Below, piece by piece: positions 48,236 through 64,000 of a stretch of 64,000 nucleotides of DNA (positions are counted from its first letter, which is position 1; each line of letters begins with the position of its first letter). The stretch is from positions 1-64,000 of the forward strand of contig NIVC01003944.1 of the NCBI GenBank assembly GCA_002269645.1. Direction: 5' to 3'. A program made the translations under genes and the position numbers. Under the pieces are notes generated by a model. That model had not been told where the DNA came from. It saw nothing but the letters and a program-made list of their open reading frames with translations, and did not search any database. Source of the stretch: Macrostomum lignano (lineage: Eukaryota).

Positions 48236-49202
48236 GAAGGCGTTGAGGCATATCATCTAATCCTTCAAGATTAATTCCCCAATCGATATACAGTATTTGG
48301 TCCATATCGAATACAATCAAAATTGGAAATGTCGCTTCCTCAAAAGCGCAACATGCAAATATAGGATTCCTTGTCATAAACACAAGGCCATGGGCCAAGA
48401 TTTTTAACCTTAGAGACAAGGCTAAATAGGTGGTAAGGAAATACTAATTGAAATAAGATTTTTTAATGTTGCCTTTCACCATAATGCTTAAAGTGAGATT
48501 TGAAATTAATTGCAACAAAGATGAGGTAAGAGCAACAAATTACGGTTATGTAAGATGCAGATGCAGAATTTTGGTCAATAACTTTAAAAATTCTGAAATT
48601 TAAGCCCTAACTATCAATAGATGGGAAAGCTATGCAGCATAAAATAAAAACTTACACCATTTTTTAACGCGTTGCGTTTTTAACGACTTTGCTTCTCTTC
48701 TTTTGCGATGAAAAAAATAAGAGCACTTTTTTGAAAATATAAACATACGCAATTCATCATTGGCTGGAATTTTTCAGCAAATTTCTATATAACTACTTGA
48801 GACATGAAATCAGCTGGATGTGATTAAAGCGACAAAGAAACAAAGAATAATTATCTACTCAGCTCCCAAGTTGTAGAGTGACGTGGTGAATATAGCTTAG
48901 AGGCACTGTACTGTAGTACTGTACCTGTAGTAGCATATCAACTTGAGCTCTCGAGTCCAGAGTCCATTGGACATAATTTTAATCTTATTAGGCACTTTAT
49001 TTGTTGAAATATTGAATGAACTACGTTTAGAATTTTGTTGCAAAAATGGCTCTTCAATATGCTAATTTGTTTTTTTACTTCAACTAATTCATAGTAATAG
49101 CTTTAATTATATTTCATTTTGACCCTCAAAGCTCAACCAGCAGCTTTGTCAGGCACCCCTAAGGTGGGTACCACTTTTTGAAAGAAATTTGATCTTCTGT
49201 TT

Positions 49203-61404
<12,202 letters not shown>

Positions 61405-62102
61405 CCGCAGGCGCACTGCGGGGAGCGGATGCCGCCGCGCCCCCGAGACAGCGTTTTGCGCGAAAATTGACCTGAAATATCCCATCTGTCTCTCTCTCTC
61501 TTATCCCATGGTCTCTCTCGCCCAGTTAAATTGACTCTCACACTCACGGCCTCGCCTTGGCCCTCTGTGTGTTCTGCCACCCACCATCCATACTCTTCTG
61601 TTATATTATTACTTTAAACGAAAATCGTGTACTGAACCCCGCGTTACTTACTATTATATAATAGTGTCACCTTATCTTTCTGTGTGTATGTTATTTTCTG
61701 TGTCAGTTGCGCAACATCTTTGACACAGTCTGTTGGTTTTCCTGTGTGTTTTGCAATTTTTTAAAAAAAAGAAAATGATTTTCTATATGAATCTGTAGCG
61801 AACTAATATTATAAATATTATTTAATGATGCTCTTACTGCGCTTTTATAATCCGAATAGTTGATGTCTGAACACCATTCGGCTCTGGACGCAAGCTTATT
61901 GCATAAGTCTGTGCTGTTGCAATGCTCAGACAGACAGAGACACAATGACCAGTACAGTTGTAGAAATTTATATAGAATATCTTTATTTATCTCAGTTCAT
62001 GGCCGACCTGTAAATTGTGGTAGACCAGGGTTAAGTCACAAAAATCCCAAAAGAATACAAACGGTAGTACTAATTATATGACGAAGCATTTCGCTTTAAT
62101 AA

Positions 62103-62217
62103 TACAGTCATAGTTACTCCTGCCGTTTACCCCAAATTTTTCACAGGTAAGTCGATTTTTTTTTATCAAAAAGTAGGTCACATGGCCAGTGTAAATCAGA
62201 GTGGCTGCGCATGTATG
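62103..62217. mobile_element. Truncated relative of the 52-kb hAT MITE, downstream of Gq
   Basis: Shares ACAGTCATAGTTACTCCTGCCGTTTACCC with the 52-kb element and ends in the TIR-like GCGCATGTATG. Confidence 0.7.
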
Positions 62218-64000
62218 AAATCTAAACAATGCTACGCTAGGGCCTAATATCGCTTACTTGTGTGTGTGTCTCATTGTCCGAGCTTTGTTCAGCGCACACC
62301 TAACCGCGTTTTAAGCCAGCCAACTCTATGCAATAAGTCAATATATTTTATTTTACCCTACTCTTATTTTCTATTCTGTATGGTTGGTACCGCCGCTGTG
62401 CCCTGTCAGCTTAGAAGTTTTTAAAGACACTCAATTTTTCTAATTAATATCTATCTATCCTTGACAACTTGTTTGCTTTGCTTGGCTTCTTTAGTCTTTA
62501 CACAAGCAACTGTTACACGTTAATAAGTAATTGGCCGGCCTCAGCCATTAACTTGTCTGTGTTATTTAGCACCTGTGTCTCCGGCATTGTTTTTATAGTT
62601 ATATTCATGTTATGCATATATATATTTATTTATTTATAATGATCAGCTCTCTAGTCTCCGCCATGCACCGTTTCTACTATCGGTTTATAATTACTATTTT
62701 AATATTATGTATCCCCGCGGCTGCTCAGCTCCATCACCGCCTGGTCCCAGCAGCCTACTCTTCTCTCCCCTACCCTCCCTTGTAGCTAGCTACCCCTAAG
62801 CTAAAAAAAACTCAAGTAGAAATGATAGATATAAGCCCTATCCAGTAAATCTGTCTGTGTGTGTCTGCTTTTCCCTTTAACTGTTTCAATCCCGCTTCCT
62901 ATAAATTACAACCCCCTCGCTACGGCCCCGTGTATATGTAAGAATACTACATATTCGCAGTTACACGTGTTCCCTGTGTATTTATTATAGAAAACTACTG
63001 TTCTTTGTTTCAATTAAAAAGAAAATTTAGCATCTCCGTTATTTGTTAACAATCTTTGTAGACAGACATATTAACAGGCCAATATTATTATTATCATTAC
63101 TATTCTTATTGTTAGCTTTCCTATATTTATATCGAATAAATTTAAGTCGCTTTTTTAGCCTTTTTCGTGCTCAGACACCAACTGCCCACCGCCCGTTCAT
63201 CCCAACCAACATTTGTTTCTCCATTCAGTCTCCGCTAGTCAGAAAGCAAATTCAGAGGCTATTTTCGGTGTTGTTTAATTCTCTTCTAGTTACATTTTTT
63301 ATTGCGATTCAGCCCGCCCGCCGACTGCCCTCGTCTGTCTCAAATCTCTTTTGCAAATTCGTGTGTTTTTTCTCTCTCCGATTCTTAACTACGACTTGTT
63401 GCGCCTCTCCCCGGACTGGGAGGCGGAACTGGATTTCTATATATAATCTTATTATTAAAGCTATTTACTTGGATTATACAATGCTAATAGTCGCACGCTT
63501 CAAACTGTGTTCCGGATAGTGCTAAGGCGCTGATTTTAATTAATTAATTAATGCCGCATTGTCGCTAGCAATATAAACCCGATCTGTGTTTTTTTGTACG
63601 CGGTTAAGCCAGGCAAACCACTTTGGACATTTTTTTATTCAAGATTAATCGCTCTGTACTGTATTGAATACAAAATTAATAATAGCCGTGGTTTTGTGTA
63701 TATACGCATAACAGTTGAGTTATTATATAATACGTAACCCAGAGGATAACAGATTAGAAAGCTTATTATAAGATATTTGGGTGTGAATTTGCGTTTGAAC
63801 TGGTTCTCTCTTTAATAGTTAATATTATACATCCGTCTTATACTTGAAATCATTGTACTGGTATACTTATATTGTCTATCTCTTGGCCCTTATATATATA
63901 TAAATACTTTTACTACGCACTAAACTATAACGTGCAAGCGCTAATCAGTTTTGTCACGCAGCACCGATCGGGTTTTACTGACGCATTAAAATTGAAAGCA

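Noticed and set aside
63043-63519. 158-aa ORF downstream of Gq
   Set aside because: TTG start, U-rich composition and no homology cues; consistent with Gq 3' UTR or intergenic DNA.

Overview
Eukaryotic (animal) genomic DNA with spliceosomal GT-AG introns, GC-rich exons, AT-rich non-coding blocks and introns inflated by private minisatellites. The style suggests a free-living flatworm such as Macrostomum, but this is an inference and was not verified. Five protein-coding genes were reconstructed by hand with consistent splice phases: (1) a 5'-truncated DC-STAMP/DCST1-2-like fusion-family gene with a C-terminal Cys-rich finger (+, <1-6755); (2) MTHFR (-, 15124-9241, 5 exons, 674 aa); (3) an unidentified ~1027-aa Q/P/RGG-rich protein, possibly a very divergent La-related protein, with candidate alternative first exons (-, 25384-20451); (4) a DTHD1-like ZU5-ZU5-UPA-death domain gene (+, 36237-46629); (5) G-protein alpha q (+, 49203-61404, 5 exons, 358 aa). 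Mobile DNA comprises two CORE-type tRNA SINE copies, two hAT MITEs with perfect 8-bp TSDs plus relatives, a fold-back element with an apparent 7-bp TSD, and a decayed RNase H-bearing LINE 3' end. The most notable signals are CpG-specific decay of an old MITE copy inside CpG-poor blocks (a footprint of germline methylation), intronic arrays built from splice-signal-like motifs, and the multiple candidate first exons of the unknown gene. Most long ORFs in the supplied track are repeat-derived artefacts. No prokaryotic systems, CRISPR arrays, rRNA or intact tRNA genes were seen.
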